In this document: in pieces, positions 26,301-40,796 of the stretch
Layout of the letters: the number at the start of each line of letters is the position of its first letter
Position numbering within the stretch: position 1 is the stretch's first letter
NCBI GenBank assembly: GCA_051362555.1
Contig: CM120647.1
Span: 558,001 to 622,000, forward strand
From: Lingula anatina
Taxonomy: Eukaryota > Animalia > Brachiopoda
Direction: 5' to 3'
Length of the DNA stretch: 64,000 nucleotides
The notes under the pieces: model-generated
Database searches by the model: none
Told to the model about the DNA's origin: nothing
The model's input: the letters and a program-made list of their open reading frames with translations, nothing else
Made by a program: the position numbers and the translations under genes

Positions 26301-27462
26301 GTGCCAAAAGGTTGCAAGCGCAGTGTGACCCAGGCTTAAGATGACCAACATATGACTTCCTATGCAACTTCAATAGTATCTATGGACCTATCTCTGCCAA
26401 TTTTGGAGTTAAAAGGGAAAGAAATTAGCAGTTTTGGACATGTAAGAGACTTGAATGTTGCAAAGTTCAGTTCATGGTGAAAAATAGGTCAAAGGTCAAT
26501 TTCAAGGTCATATTTAAATTGCCAGCATATGACTTCCTATTCAACTTGAATAGTAACTATGGACCTATCTCTGCCAGTTTAGAGATATAAGGGACTAAAT
26601 GCTACAATTTTGGAGTTACAATAATGTGCCATAAATTTCCTACAGAAGAAATTAACTGAAATAAAGAAAAGGTCATTTAGGCCAAAATTCTTGAAATGGG
26701 AGGTGATCAGAAGTTCCAGATGTTCAAATTTCATGAAATAATGTCATTTATGACCAGAAGTTGTCTCGCCAAGCCTTATGTTATCTTTTCCAGAGGTTCA
26801 AAATTTATTACATATTACCGTGTTGCACATTTTGCTTTTACCACAATGTACTTTTTGATATAACTTGTAAACCGTATGGAAATAAAAAAAAAATGGAGAC
26901 CACTTTCAGTGTTGAGCTTGACATGCTCTACAAAATGCAAAAAGAATAGGTCTCTAGCATTAAAGGTTCCCAAATTAGAGACAGTTTTCAGTTTCGGTAT
27001 CTTATGGCCGCTTTTCCTGTGAAAATGCACCGATTGACCCCAAACTCACGGAGATGAAAGATGAACTTTTTTTTTCGTAAAAAAATTCATTTTTTTGAAA
27101 TTTTTGGCCCGTTTGACCTTGAAATAAAGGTCAAAGGTCAAATCCAAGGTCATATTTGAAATCTCCACATATGACTTTCGGTCAGCCGTCTGTTGAAATT
27201 TTTCCCATAATTCCTACACCTAATTTTGCCAATTTTGGGTGCATTGCAATTAGCGCCACACTTAGACCCCAGCACTGATGAAGCCCAAATTTTACATGGG
27301 ACGAGTTGAGATTATAGGTGACCTAAACCCAAGAGATGGGTACGCAGGCCTTTGTAGTCTAGGAGGAGAAGCGGTAACGGTGACAAGGCGGCGGAGCCGG
27401 CGGAACAGGGTCGGGACTAAAACCATGTGTACCGCCAGCGCCTACGCTGGTGGTAGAATTAT
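23378..27462 (-). mobile_element. HINE-like non-autonomous element with ~130-145-bp internal degenerate repeats
   Basis: Left end ACTAGAG..GAGGCGataCCGCCTC hairpin plus TACCACCAGC; right end TACCGCCAGCGcctaCGCTGGTGGTA. Repeated GGTCAAAGGTCAATTT..GTCACAGTTAGATTGCCAG units at ~23780-24500 and ~26340-26600. Confidence 0.7.
24501..26337. mobile_element. Non-autonomous PIF/Harbinger-like element nested in the HINE repeat array
   Basis: TIRs GGCCCGGTCACACTGCGCTT / AAGCGCAGTGTGACCCAGGC; inserted at the TTAG of the host repeat GTCACAGTTAGAT; rich in TTGCAACC/GGTTGCAA and GTCGCA motifs. Confidence 0.75.
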
Positions 27463-28823
27463 AAGCAGTTTAAATCGAAATGGTTTAAAGAATAGAAACA
27501 TTAAACACGTGATAATTTTATAAAGTAAATAAAGTGAAGTCTGATTCTCATTCACCACACCCCACTAGTGCAGTTTCTAGTTTCTAGTGCAGTTTAGGGT
27601 ACAAAGATATCTGGCAGCATGTCTTGAATACAGTTTGGTCCTGATTAAGGTTGAATATAGACGATCTCACCTTCCTGACTAGTGAAAATCCGAAATGGTG
27701 TTTAGAGAGAGATTACAATACGCCCTATATCTTTATCTGGGTACTCATGCCACTGGACACTCAAGGCTTTGACAAAGACCAACAACATTTGTTGAAAAGG
27801 GTTACATGTGCTTTTTTGTGTGTATCGATGCCAGGAACTCTCTTCACAAAACACTTTTCATAAAACATATAATATATCATTTCAGTTGTCATGGTTTGAT
27901 AAAAGAAACATCACAATTCAGTCTTAGTACTAGTTTACTTTGTAAAATGTTATCGGCCTTGAGTGTCATACGCAGCAGGTCATTCAGAATGAGAAGAGCA
28001 GAGTGCTATCTAGGCCACGGCCTAAATATGGCGGACCTACATGAAAGGAATACTGCTTGATCCTGTAATGGTCTCACACGCCTCCCAACGCGTCGTCCCC
28101 GGTTGAATAAATAAATAAAGGGTACTGGAGGAGACCAGAATTGTGTCGGATGTGTGATGTCATGGGAGGCTGTCAGAACGTCACCTTTGTTATGGCATTT
28201 GTCACTGATTAGTGTGTACCCCATATAATATGTGTATTAGTGTGATCATATGCGTGGGAAATCATGTAAAATGGACATATAAACGTCTAAAAACGCTTTA
28301 GTTGTCAGTTGCGAACTACTTCCTGGTTTTCACATGGCCCTTTAAAGACTCTAAAACGTTATTATAATTGGTGTACATACCATAAAACACCCTAAATTAC
28401 TTAGATATGGGCATAACAGATTGCAAAAATTCCACATGCCAACGATTAATAGCCTCCCGGTGTAAAGTGACACAGAGTCCGTCGAAACATAGAGTCCGCG
28501 GACTCCCGGTTTCAGAAACCAGGGTCCCTCTAGTGTGACAGAGAGTCCGTGTAATAGAGGGTCCCCCGGACTCTCTATTACACGGACTTTCTGTCACGTT
28601 ACAATATAGCAAAACTCAGAGTCCGTGCTTGTCCTCTAATTTAAATATTTATGAATGTATTAAGTGTTCATAAACATAGTCATCAATATTCATACTGTAA
28701 TACTACTGAACACGAAAAGGCGTTGACAATAAGAGTCACGGTGTTTCGCGTTTTCGGCACAGCTTCCTTTGTGGTACAGTGGCAGAGATGCAGGGATGAA
28801 ATGAGAGTGGCCAACAGCTGATA

Positions 28824-29819
28824 TAGTCTGGATGACTGGTGCTATATTTTGGCCAAATTTCAGCATCCAAAAGAGCTTACCATCTGAATGGCTATCTCTT
28901 CCCATGGAAGGAAATTGAGCATAGCAATCCAAGAAATAATTGACTCAATTAAACAAGTTACCAAACCATCCAAATATATATATATATATTTTTTTTTTTT
29001 TTTGCAAAAAAATCCTCCAAAGCCATATTATATGACCAGATAAAGGTGTAGGTGAATGGCAGACATAGTGAGTACTGATAATTGGGAACTAACATTTAAG
29101 AAACAGATCACAAGAAAATGAAGTTGCTCCAATTCAGAATAAATCATAGAATATTCAATACTAATGCTTATCTTATGAATTTGAGAATTTTGCAGTACTG
29201 CTAGGGAAAATATTCTGTACGTTTTTTGGGATTGTCCACATGTAAAAAATGTTTGGATGTGCATCATTTGCCCCGCTTAAGATAATTTAGGTGTGGTCAT
29301 TGATAGATCTCCGGAGATATTTGTATTTGGGTTTGTGCAAGCATACACTATTTATGTACCTATCTTGATAATTAAGAAACATGTTAGTATATGTAGAATG
29401 GGAACAGAAAGATGGGAAGGAGCTGGAGGGTATGTAAAATGCTATAGAATATCTGTATATATATTATAAAATCTATATTATTAAATATATAATGTTAAAT
29501 ACTTGTTGCTAGGGTAATATGCTGCCTAGCAACTGTTGCAATGGTTTACTTGGGTTTTTAATGTCTTAAAATAGTAAAGTGATAGTTCTGATGGCTTGAA
29601 ACATTATTAAAAGCCTTTTTAAATCATTTAAACTGAACAAGAAAGGTCCAATTAGCTTGTTACTAAGGTAAATCACTTCCTTAGCAACGGTTGCTAAGCA
29701 ACGCTTTGAAATTTTGGGCACTGCCCTTGAAAATGATCAGCATAGTCCAAAGAACATTTGTGCCAAGTTTCATGCTTTTTCCACGTTTTGAGCAATTTTT
29801 GCACCAGTCATCTAGACTA
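28824..29819. mobile_element. Academ-like non-autonomous element, internally deleted, nested in Ginger1
   Basis: TAGTCTGGATGACTGGTGC ... GCACCAGTCATCTAGACTA termini, 3-bp TSD ATA; long right TIR (~29490-29819) but short left TIR. Confidence 0.8.
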
Positions 29820-30185
29820 ATATGGATATGGTGAGTAAACAGGATCGTGTCACACAGAAGCCCCTTTAGTCTCATAGCGTTTCTGTAAACAAATTCTTTA
29901 ACTAAAATTGATCCTTTTTATCGATATCCCAATGTTATTTTTTATTTTATCACGATATTTAGTGAATACTTTTCGATGGGCATGCAAGCTCATTTTACGC
30001 TTGGTGTATATTACTGCATTCACTAGATAAACCAACGTAAAAGCTAAACCCACATAAAGATATACACCCGTGTTTTAAGGGCGCAACTTATGTGCAGACA
30101 GCATATTTTAAAATCATTTGGTTGGCATCATATGCTTTAAGTATTTTGCATTTTCTTTCATGTCTCTTTTAATGTTTTAATGTAG

Positions 30186-31121
30186 GTGGTCACATGGGAG
30201 TCACAAAGACTCTCCTCAAAGTGTAGCAACATTTCGTTTGACATCGCATGTCAGATGATGTAAAAAAAAATACATAGCTAGGTGCCATAGATGGCAAATG
30301 CAAAATCCAAAAGCTAAGAACACCACACCTCCTCTCCACCCAGTACCAGTGTCTTTTTGTAAGCCATGGAGCCAGGTAGTTACCCCTTTTTAATAATTAC
30401 ACATGAAAAATATAGAAAAAAAAGCTTAATAAAGATTATGAAATGGTTATCAATCAATTATTTTATATGACAGGCCAAAATTTAACACACCAGCAATGCC
30501 TTTTTCCTTTAACACAGATATTACTTTATATTTATGTTATTATCAAATATCTATTACAGATTGGAATTGACCTTGTGGCAATGGAGAAATCGTACAATGC
30601 AAACAAGTACATCTGTACAGTGTTGTATCCGTACTGTCCAAGAAAAGCGAAAAAAAGGTATATATACTACGACTTGAGACACCAGAGTGAGGTATGAATT
30701 AATTTCTTGCTAATGATACACTTAGGACTAAAACTTAAGTATTTTATTATTTTCACAGAAAATCTATATCTTTATCAAATGCATTGATATTGTGTAATAT
30801 CCTTTATAGTACGTATTGTTACTGGTGTGTGGCATAGATTAGTTTAAACCATCGATAATACATACCATTTTTCATATCTTTCACTAAGGACTTTCAGATT
30901 TGAATAAAAGTGTTAAAGAAAAACCTTAGAAGGGAAGATAGAAAGGGAGGCAAAGCTGCCCCAAGGTACTTGGGGCCATGCACAAAAGTGGCGAAGAAGC
31001 CAAACGGCACGTATATTATGGAAAATTTAGTAGGGAAAAAGTCTCTTAAAATTTTTCCCTTGGCTGTGGGTGCTGGTCAGCTAAAGCAATACAGAGAAAA
31101 TAGGCGTTTTTTTTTATTCTA
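30186..31121 (+). pseudogene. Ginger1 integrase remnants (H2C2 zinc finger, start of DDE core, GPY/F motif)
   Basis: GGHMGVTKT..V.KYIARC..Q...PPLHPVPV..PWSQ|gt..ag|IGIDLVAMEKSYNANKYICTV and VLKKNLRREDRKGGKAAPRYLGPC.KV....NGTY. Confidence 0.8.
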
Positions 31122-31322
31122 AAATGTAAATGGCATCTTTTATCTATTCTATAAAAACAATGTTAGCTATTGAAACATCAACTTTATATTTATTGTCATT
31201 GCGTTTTCATGATCAATTTGGTCAGCATTTACAGCACGTGTACTTTTCTGTATTTCAGAGCTGAAGGCGAAGCTGAAACCAGTTAAATATTAAAGAATTA
31301 CATAATTGAGTATTTTGTACAA

Positions 31323-33699
31323 TAGTCTGGATGACTGGTGCTATATTTTGGCCAAATTGCTGAAAATGTGGAAAAAGCAAGAAACTTGGCACAAATGTTC
31401 TTTGGTCTATGCTGATCATTTTCAAGGGCAGTGCCCAAAATTTCAAAGCGTTGCTTAGCAACCGTTGCTATGGAAGTGAATTTCCTTAGTAACAAGCTAA
31501 TTAGACCTTTCTTGTCCAGTTTAAATGGTTTAGAAATGCTAATAACTATGTTTCAGGGCATCAGAACTATCACTAGACTATTTTAAGGCAATTAAAACCC
31601 AAATTAACCTTAGCCACGATTGCTAGGCAGCATATTACCCTAGCAACAAGCATTTAAAGTTGCATTAGTCTATAGAGTAAAGCAAATCTATAATACTAGC
31701 TAAGATCTACACTTTTGAGCAAGATGTTCATACTTTTAATCCAGTAAGTTGAACCAATTGTGTGTTTACACACATCAGATCAAATAAATTGCCAGTGCAG
31801 ATACTTAAAGGTATATACGAACCGAGCATCGGTGGAGCGTGGATTCCCAGTAACACATGTAAACCACTTCTACTAGATTCTTATATGACTCAAATAAATT
31901 TGACATGCCAAGGGATAAACTGAATAGATCACTCGATCAGCCATAAAAGACCTTTAGACTGCTCCTTTCTTTAAATTTATGGTTGTAAATTTAACCTACT
32001 TCCGTGACCTACTTTCCTGTCCAATTGACATACAGCTTAGAATGCCAGCAGAAAAATCTGTCCAAACATCATTTTCGGGTAAAATTAAACAATGCCTTTT
32101 AGTAATTCTCTTAGTTATACTACTTGTAACTATATGCTGGCATTTGGTTGGTTTTTGTGACAAAAAATTGACTTTGTATGCATCTTTAAGGCAGCATGTT
32201 CAAAATAAGTAACCAGCCATTTCCATGCTTTTGTCACCTTACGACTCTTTATAAAACTTTGCAATAGTTAATAATAATAATAATAATAGTTAATTCTCCC
32301 TTGTATGTGCAATATACAGTGCATTTTGCCCTTGCACATTGTCAGCCTCTACATCTGCACCTACATGCACACTGGAGCAACTCTGGACAGGTCAATAGCT
32401 TCTGGCAAATGTGTCCACTTAGGCCCACTGTTCCGCACAAGTCCAACCAGAGTGAGCACATGGTATCTGATGACATGGCACCGTAGTGCTGATTCAGATA
32501 TGTTCATCTCGCACGAATACTCTTATATTGTTGTAGAGCAGCCTTGGTTGAAGTAAGATATGGCATCTAACGGCCTTTGGGTGTGAACAGAAGCTTTTGA
32601 ACTTCATTGATTAACAAATATAACTAAAATAGAACCATGCAGGTGTATTTAAGTTACTTGGTAGAGAATAGAAACTGACCAAATACAATGTGAAAAAACT
32701 TTTTAGAAAATATTGAACAAAATGAAAAATATCTTGAAAATCTGGTCTCTGAGAAACCTTTCAATAATAGGAAAGTCAAAAGTGGTTAAACCTTTAGTAT
32801 TTCTCATCTTACGTAGGGCATGTATAAACTCTCCTACCACCCCCCCCCTCCCTCAATACTTAAAATATGCATATCATATTTAACTTAATCAGGAATGGAA
32901 AAAGATATAAAATAAAATGAGCAAGGATGGTGTCTGATTACAAAAATGGACGGTAAAAGGTACCGCAAATAAAAATTTTACCAAGGCCCTAAACTGACAT
33001 GGCTTAAAAGACTTCTTTATGAAGAAAATAAGAGTAAGTGGAGAGCGTTTTTCTCGGCGAAATGTCAGGAGTCGGTAGTAACAAAAGGTGGATTAAAAAT
33101 ACTAAAAGCAACTTCTTATCCCTTTTGGCAAACATTATTGGTTCTTTGAGTGAAATTCAGGAAAATTTCAATTTAACCCCAGATGAAATCTCAAAACTCA
33201 AAACTCAAAAATTGAAAGAAATTAAAAAAACTATTTTCCATAAAAGATGGTGTAAAAATGTTTTTGTTTTTTTCACATCAATGATATTATAAATGGCATT
33301 TGAAATCCCCTCTGTCTAGAGGAACTCAACAAAAAATCAACTTTAACACTAACTTTCTGGGCTAATTGAGCATGTTAAATACTTGTTGCTAGGGTAATAT
33401 GCTGTCTAGCAACTGTTGCAATGGTTTACTTGGGTTTTCAATGTCTTAAAATAGTATAGTGATAGTTCTGATGGTTTGAAACATTATTAAAAGCCTGTTT
33501 AAATCATTTAAACTGAACAAGAAAGGTCCAATTAGCTTGTTACTAATGTAAATCACTTCCTTAGCAACGGTTGCTAAGCAACGCTTTGAAATTTTAGGCA
33601 CTGCCCTTGAAAATGATCAGCATAGTCCAAAGAACATTTGTGCCAAGTTTCATGCTTTTTCCACCTTTTGAGCAATTTTTGCACCAGTCATCTAGACTA
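31323..33699 (-). mobile_element. Academ-like element with ~330-bp TIRs and transposase C-terminal remnant, nested in Ginger1
   Basis: Same TAGTC termini, 3-bp TSD CAA, TIRs 31323-~31658 / ~33372-33699. Minus-strand remnant at ~32290-32550 (ESALRCHV..GW..KWTHLPE..C.C.CRG..CARAKCTVYC) resembles the Cys-rich Academ transposase tail. Confidence 0.8.
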
Positions 33700-34420
33700 C
33701 AACAAAGAAGATTGTAAACAAAAAACACCCAGTTAAAACAGATTTTCTGTATTCTTGTCTTATTTTAATTCAATAAATTTTATATTTTTATTGATAATTA
33801 GTTACAATTGCATTGCATCAATAGAACTATTTCTTCAATGAAATGTATAAAGCATACATATTGCAAAAAATAAGGAATATTGCCTTATGGGTACGAATTA
33901 AACTTGATTTTCTTTTGCCTAAAATGCAACAGTAAGGGGGACCTTGCGATTCAAAGCGGACTGTTCATTTTAAAACTGAAAGTCTGGGGACTGCACGTTT
34001 TAATATAGGAAGTCACCCGGACTTTCAGATTTAAAACTTAGTATCCGTGGACCCTACGTTTTAAAACTGAGTGTATGCCGGACACTCAGTTTTAAAACAT
34101 AGGGTCCTACGGACTCTGAAAGGGCCGGACTCTACGGCACGCTACACCGGGAATTCTCTTCCATTGACACTCTTTGTCGCGCTGGCGGTCGATGCCGCAT
34201 ATATCTCTAAACAAATTGACTGCAAATTAAGCACGATTTTTCCTTTTAAGTTCCGTGTCACGTTTTCATATCATGCGCCTATTATTTCTACAAGTATTTT
34301 CTGCCCCAAATGCATAAAGAAAAATGTTATCCTACCGTGTTGTTAAAATAACTGCTTTTTTTCTCTAAGCCCACGTCTTCATTCCCATTTACTGCCAGCT
34401 AAAAACGACCACTCAGCTTC

Positions 34421-34571
34421 ACGTCTGTAAAGCCTCTCTTCTGGTCCTCAAATCAAGTTCGGTCCCTTGGTTCTAAACTGTTTACAAGAAGCTCTATACT
34501 GGACCTACACCTGTAAATGTCCATCATTACGAGTTCAAACGTATTCCCTAAACGTGTCCTTGGCTGACTCT
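34421..34571. repeat. ~150-bp repeat, inverted partner of 37866-38015
   Basis: GTAAAGCCTCTCTTCTGGTCCTCAAATCAAGTTCGG... is the reverse complement of ...CCGAACTTGATTTGAGGACCAGAAGAGAGGCTTTAC. Confidence 0.85.
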
Positions 34572-37500
34572 ATTATGCTCTCCAATATTTGAGGTTTAAA
34601 ACTTTGAGAGGCTACCAAAAAACGTACGTAAACTGAATGTTAGAAAGAAATGCATTTCAATTATTTAAAATTGTATTATATTTGCTATAATATATTCTCA
34701 GATTTTTTAAAGAACACAAAAGATTTGCTGCGTGACTACCTTTAGGATGCTTAAGAATAATACTACAATATTTATGGCGTTCTCTGCCTCATGTTTTCAA
34801 GACAGTTACATTCGTGGGTGATTGTGTGCATGTGGTGGTGTTGGGGGGGGGGGGGGGGGGGTGCTCACTCACAGCCATGATTGTGCGCTTTTTATTCCGT
34901 TTCAAGTTAGTATAAGCTCTTACTTTCATATGGACACGTTTATTCCCGTGAATTTCCTCAATTTCCACTGGACTGGTATGGTCACGCGTTTTGTGCAAGT
35001 AGTGGAAATGGATTATATATTTTTTTTCGAATCAGCAGATCTAAAATAAACAAAGTTTATTAATAAACGCGCGATATTTTCGTAATTAAAGCCTATTTGC
35101 CTGTTTGACTGCATTTAAACTAAGACGCAACTGACCATAATGTGTGTTTGATTGACGGGGCTGGTTTAGAGATGTACGTGCTGCATACCTTGTTGGTATT
35201 TATACCTAGGCTTTCACAAGCTGTATATCCCATATCATTCAGATAATGTTCAAGTGTTGTTTTGCTACATGATGACAACTTAGCATCCCAGTTGTATTGC
35301 TTTAGGAGCGTACAGTGAAGGGAATATCATGAAAACCCAGTGATCTGACGAAAGACATTGTAGAGATCCAGTATAACTACGTAGTATAAGTAGGCCTATG
35401 CATACCAGTGCAGTTTACTGTTACACAACGCCGTTCTCCCTTGGGCAAAATTAAAGGCTAAAATCCCCGCTATTTACCACTTCAAGGGAAAGATTCAGAA
35501 CAGCGCCCTGGCCTGAATTTTGATCTTACAAACTGACCTCGGAAACCACAAAATTTTCTTTCATGCCCGAAATCTGTGATTTTAAATACTCGATCCCCAC
35601 CATTAAATGTCCCACCGACCCTCACATTGACTGCCTCTCTTGTTAAAGAGCACAATTCAAATTAATTTAAAAGAGACAAACTTAGCTGTTATTACAGAAT
35701 CGGGATTCTTTATCATAGATTTTGTCTCGACTCCAGGGACGTCTCAATTTCTTTTTCGCCCTATATATATATCTTATTAAGTTGAATGGTCTTTATCGCA
35801 GCATCTTTATTTAAGTTCATTAAAAACCACAAATCAAAGGAATTGTGTGTACGCGCCGTAATGTACATGATCTTTGGAAGGTTATTTTAAGTAATCCGAT
35901 GTTGATAATTTCGAATCCTATACATTATAGTGCATATGCGTACATGGAAAGCATCAAAACAGATTAAAGGCATTTTCGCGTCGATCATTATACTTTTTTA
36001 TTTGCATCTCATCTGTAGCGAACATTTGTTTCCAGATTAACGAAGCACCGCGCAATTATGTAAGAGAACCACGAAAATAGAGCACCCGCACCAGACACGG
36101 GCATTTAATTTTGGTTGGTCCGTAAAGGGCTTGTATTCGACCGGAGGCAGAGTTGTGAATCAATCTACAGTATATTATTTTCCGTTTATATAAAAGTTAC
36201 GTAAGTCTCGCATAACGCTATCTCAAAATTGGTCCATTTATGACCCTTTAAAACACCGCTACAGATGTAGACACTCCAACCCAATTAATTGAGTTCGATG
36301 TGAGAAAACTTTCAACAAAAAGTGAAAATGTGAGCCACATATATTTAGATTAATATCGGAATAAATATATGACACGTTCCATTACTTTCACTGGTTTATG
36401 CCATTGTACCCTCTAACTGGGAAAGCAGTCAGTAGTTTTTAAAAGTAATATGAAACATTAATAAAAACGTTATGCAAAACGTGAGCGGTTGTGATAAGTT
36501 AATTTACGCTCTCATCTTTCATATGAAAAGAAAAATGATTATTTATAACAAGAGTTCAGGGTGGGAAGAGGAGCATAAGGGCATAGCAACTATTATGTTA
36601 TGAAATAAGTCAAGTTGAGCCTTTCTACTGATATACTTTATCGTGTTTCGAGCCTATCTAGCTTAGTCGGTTAAGAAGATATATACCCCCCCCCCCCCAC
36701 TCTTATTTCAACCTGTAAGATTGGAAAGTCGGTAGTCTGGCTCGGGCAATAAAATCTCACTATCTCCACATCTGGTTTCTATCAAGCGCGTTCAGAGCTT
36801 CAGAGCTTAGGACAAACATATTGCTCCTCGGGCCAGGAAATCTGGAGAGGGGGAGTAGAGGAACATGTCTTCTCAATATGGAAAGCTATATATTTTTGGT
36901 AATTTCCTTTGTAACATTTACAAACACTAAAAAATATCCTTTCTCGAATTAATATCATGTTCACACATTTCTGTAAATATCCTGAATTAAAATACTAATG
37001 TTAAAAGTCAGAGACTTTGATTTATGACGAGAGAGAGAGAGAGAGGTAAAGACAATCTGTAAATGTCCCGAACTAGAGGAGTGTGTTATAAACTGAACAC
37101 ATCTTGGCTACAACCCGTAGACAGTTAGCCCGCAGAGTGGTTTAGTTATTATGATCAACATAATTGTTTATATTTTTATTAATATCAAACAGTTTTACTG
37201 TTTGCAGCTATACCTGTTTGGAACATGTACTCTGCGCCATATAATAGCAATGGTGCAAAGTGGTGATATTGTAAAATCCTGCAATAAAATTTTCTTCAAA
37301 TATCAAATTTTATTAGATGGTTGAATACAACATCAGTAATAGAACAGTAATAGAATTCAGCATAATGATACTGAATTGTTGTAAAGACATGAAGGAAGCA
37401 GGGTGACCATATATGCTCGGAATATTGTCAGAGAGGGAAATTTCTCCAGTTTGTTCACTGCCCTGTGAAGCCATATTTTGTGGCCTGAGATGCCGTATCC

Positions 37501-37865
37501 GTTACTTCGTGACCTGACCTGTCAAAAGCACGTCCGCGCACTCTTTTCATCTTTTGATTCTTCCACATTAATCAAGATACGGAGTATCAATTACAAGTGA
37601 CCCCCCCGGGGGGGGGGGGGGGCATGAAGGGAATAAATAATTATATGTAGTGTCCTTGTGACAGAAGGTTACTCTGCAATTTATATCTTTCAATTTATGC
37701 TGTGAAATAATAGCCAGCTAGTCCGTTGATCTGGCGAATCAACCAAATGACCGTTAGTTGAGTTGCTTAACTGTAAGTAATTAATCCCCTCCCCTCCCCC
37801 CGAACGTCAAACTGACAGGTTTCCAAATGAAGACTATACCGCAGAAAAAGTTTGGGGCCCAAAAG

Positions 37866-38015
37866 AGAGTCAGCCAAGTACACGTTTGGGGAACACGTTT
37901 GAACACGTCATGATGGACATTTACAGGTGAAGGACAAGAACAGAGCCTCTGGTAAACAGTTTAGAACCAAGGGGCCGAACTTGATTTGAGGACCAGAAGA
38001 GAGGCTTTACACACG
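37866..38015. repeat. ~150-bp repeat, inverted partner of 34421-34571
   Basis: See partner feature. Confidence 0.85.
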
Positions 38016-40134
38016 TCTTACACCACTACACGTCACTTCCGTCACAATCCGTCTCCGCCGGTACCCTTTAATGAGCCGAGGTTTAATAACTGTGCCCCTG
38101 CAGGGTCGACGCGTGTGGCGTGTCATGCAGTGTGTGAGAAAACTTGGTACTTCTTGCGCACTACGTTGTATAACGTATCTGTCTTAAATATGCATACTGT
38201 AGATGCAGTCGATTTTGGCAATAGCCCCACTTCCCCAGACTTAAAATTAGCTTCCTAAGCGCCTTTAATATAAAAAAAGTAGATTCACAGAGGCAGCAAG
38301 CCCTTGTTCATCACCCTTTCCGACCTTTTAAAATGAAATGGCAAATGTCTTCTTCCAAACTTAAAAATGACATGGAAACACCCACTGTACCAATGAAATC
38401 GTATTTCCTTTACCCCCCCCCCCCCCCACACCTTTACCTCTGCCCACAGAATCGAGACATTTCCATTCCATTCAGCAAAGATATTAAGTGTACTAGACGT
38501 CACTGTTTAGCAAAAATAAACATTTTTCCTGAAAATGTCTGTAATTATCCCCTTCATCAGCTAAGGAAAACATCTACAACAGCTGAAAAAAGATAAATGA
38601 TCAAAACTCGTTTTAGAGTTTCATGATTCTATTAAAAAAAAAAAATGGGGGCGGGAACGGGAGCCGGTGGCTTTCATTCGTAACATTTTTACTGTGAAGT
38701 TGAAACTCGAAAACGGATTTCTACCTGTACATAGTGCTTATGCGAACAGTTCTGAGAAAAATTGCAAATTTCCAAATTTGCTGTGTACTGTTTTCTTATT
38801 CTTTTTTGTTTTTTGTTTATAATCCAAAATAAATAAAACCTTTAATCTGGAGTGTGCTTTGAAGGCACGTTGTGTTTTTAAAAATTAAAAAAAACTGTTT
38901 ATTCCACTCAAGATGATATAGCAATAAACGAATGTACATTTTTGAGATATTATTAAAACATGCATGCCAAACTTACATATGCTATGTTCAATATCAGAAA
39001 TTCAGAATAAAAGGTCCTTAACTAACATGTGCCGGCTGATTGTTAATATATATAATGACGTTCAGAATTGATGCTAACATTTCAAGTGTAATTTAATCGG
39101 AACACTTACATGTATCCTACAATTGCTAAAACAGCCATGCATGGACAGACGTGACATTTAATGTGGAATATTGCAGTTTCAAAGGTATGCCTAGGTAAAA
39201 ATGAGTTCTTAAAAAAGAAGTGTGCAGTCAGGTGTGTCGCTAACAATTATCTGACTACCATGTTTGTTGTACTGCTGGATTGTGTGATATGCAGTGTAAG
39301 CAATATTAATGAAAAAGTCTAAATCTACTAGTACATAGCAGCAATCTCTTCAAATGTGTCTCGTTTTTAAAATTCGTTATCATGTAAGAAAACAGAAAGC
39401 GACCTGTACGTGTTTCGCTCATCTCGGGGATTAATTGTCTCAGCTGAGGCCAAGGTCAATAAATCCCCAAAATAATCTCATCCACAGTCATAATAATTCA
39501 AAAATGTATAATATCTCTTGAATAACTCTTTTATTCTTTAAATCGTTTCTGTTACACAGAAAAAAAGGTGACGTTTTCATTTAGCAAAATGCTACCCTAC
39601 ACCAAATTGGACTAAGGTTCCACAAGAGTGCAGTGTCATAAATCAAATGCATTTCCGCAATCTCAATATGTTTTCAGTGACATCTGTATAAACCTGTCGG
39701 GGGCCATGGCATTTATAAGCAAAAATTGACCTGTCAGTATTGGAGCTTTCTGTTTGATTGGGTAAAACTTAAATAAAGAAATAAAGCCATACAAATTTAA
39801 ATAAACTGATTATGTTGAAGAAGATGGTTTGACAAAAAAAGGCTGAAGACTACATGAATGCCAAAAGGTGAAGATAAGATAACACAACTACTGTTGACAA
39901 TTTACAGTAAAGTTTATTTCCCCTAGAGTGATAAATAGTAGATGAGTGAGTACCACAATAAGCCGAAATGTTATCCTCAGAGAGGTGAATCATTTATGCA
40001 GAATAACAAGACCACAAAAAGTACCAAGGTCACAGTAAAATGACAGATATCTATAAAGATTGCGTTTTAAAACTGAGCATCTGTCTCAGCCATGCAACAC
40101 TGGAAACAAATATGGCGAAGTTAGGAATGATTGA

Positions 40135-40268
40135 CTGAGTCAGTGATTAACGGCTAAGTCAGTAATAAATGGTTAAGTCAGATAGATTGCTAAATAAGTA
40201 AAACTTGACTAAGTCAGTGATAAACGGGTTATTATGTAATAAACGGCTAAGTCAGTAATAAACGGCTA
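40135..40268. repeat. Degenerate ~19-bp tandem repeat (TAAACGGCTAAGTCAGTAA)
   Basis: Direct reading. Confidence 0.7.
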
Positions 40269-40796
40269 CCCTTACATACGTATATCCTGTGGTACAAAGG
40301 AAGATCTCGTCACAGAGACTTATGATGTTAACTATAAAGCACGGAGGTCTTCTTATTATGTCTGTAAACATTTATAAACATTGCTGTAGAAGATGTGGAG
40401 GAGTGATCATTACATGAGATAACCTGTGCTAAATATCCACGCCAGGGTACGTTCACTCAATAAATATACAGAGAAAGACAGAGGGAGAAAAAAAGGGTCG
40501 GGTACTTCAGCTACAAGATGACAACGTTGTCGTTATAATGATTACAATGGAAAGATCATTAGACGAGATTTTAATTTCTTGCAAAAAATGGGCCTTGAAA
40601 GTGTTAATAAGGCGCTATAATAGCTATATTAATGTTACACTTCACTTGATTTGTTTGCTTATGGCCTCTATCCTTCCCGTGAGGAATTTGCGTTACAAAT
40701 GGGAAATAAGTCCCGCCTCTCATGAATATTCATTGAAGTCCACAGAACATTACATGTAGGGATAAAACTTTTTATGCATTGAAATTAGTTTCATAA

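Larger units (their letters stand above)
28461..34146 (+). mobile_element. Ginger1-type DNA transposon (Gypsy-like integrase), degraded
   Basis: TGT...ACA termini with imperfect TIRs (TGTAAAGTGACACAGAGTCCG / CGGACTCTACGGCACGCTACA), flanked by CCGG (28457-28460, 34147-34150); subterminal GAGTCC/GGACTC repeats; internal intron-split integrase remnants. Confidence 0.85.

Noticed and set aside
36648-36745. tRNA gene or tRNA-derived SINE head (TAGCTTAGTCGGTTA)
   Set aside because: Only an A-box-like motif; no B-box or cloverleaf.
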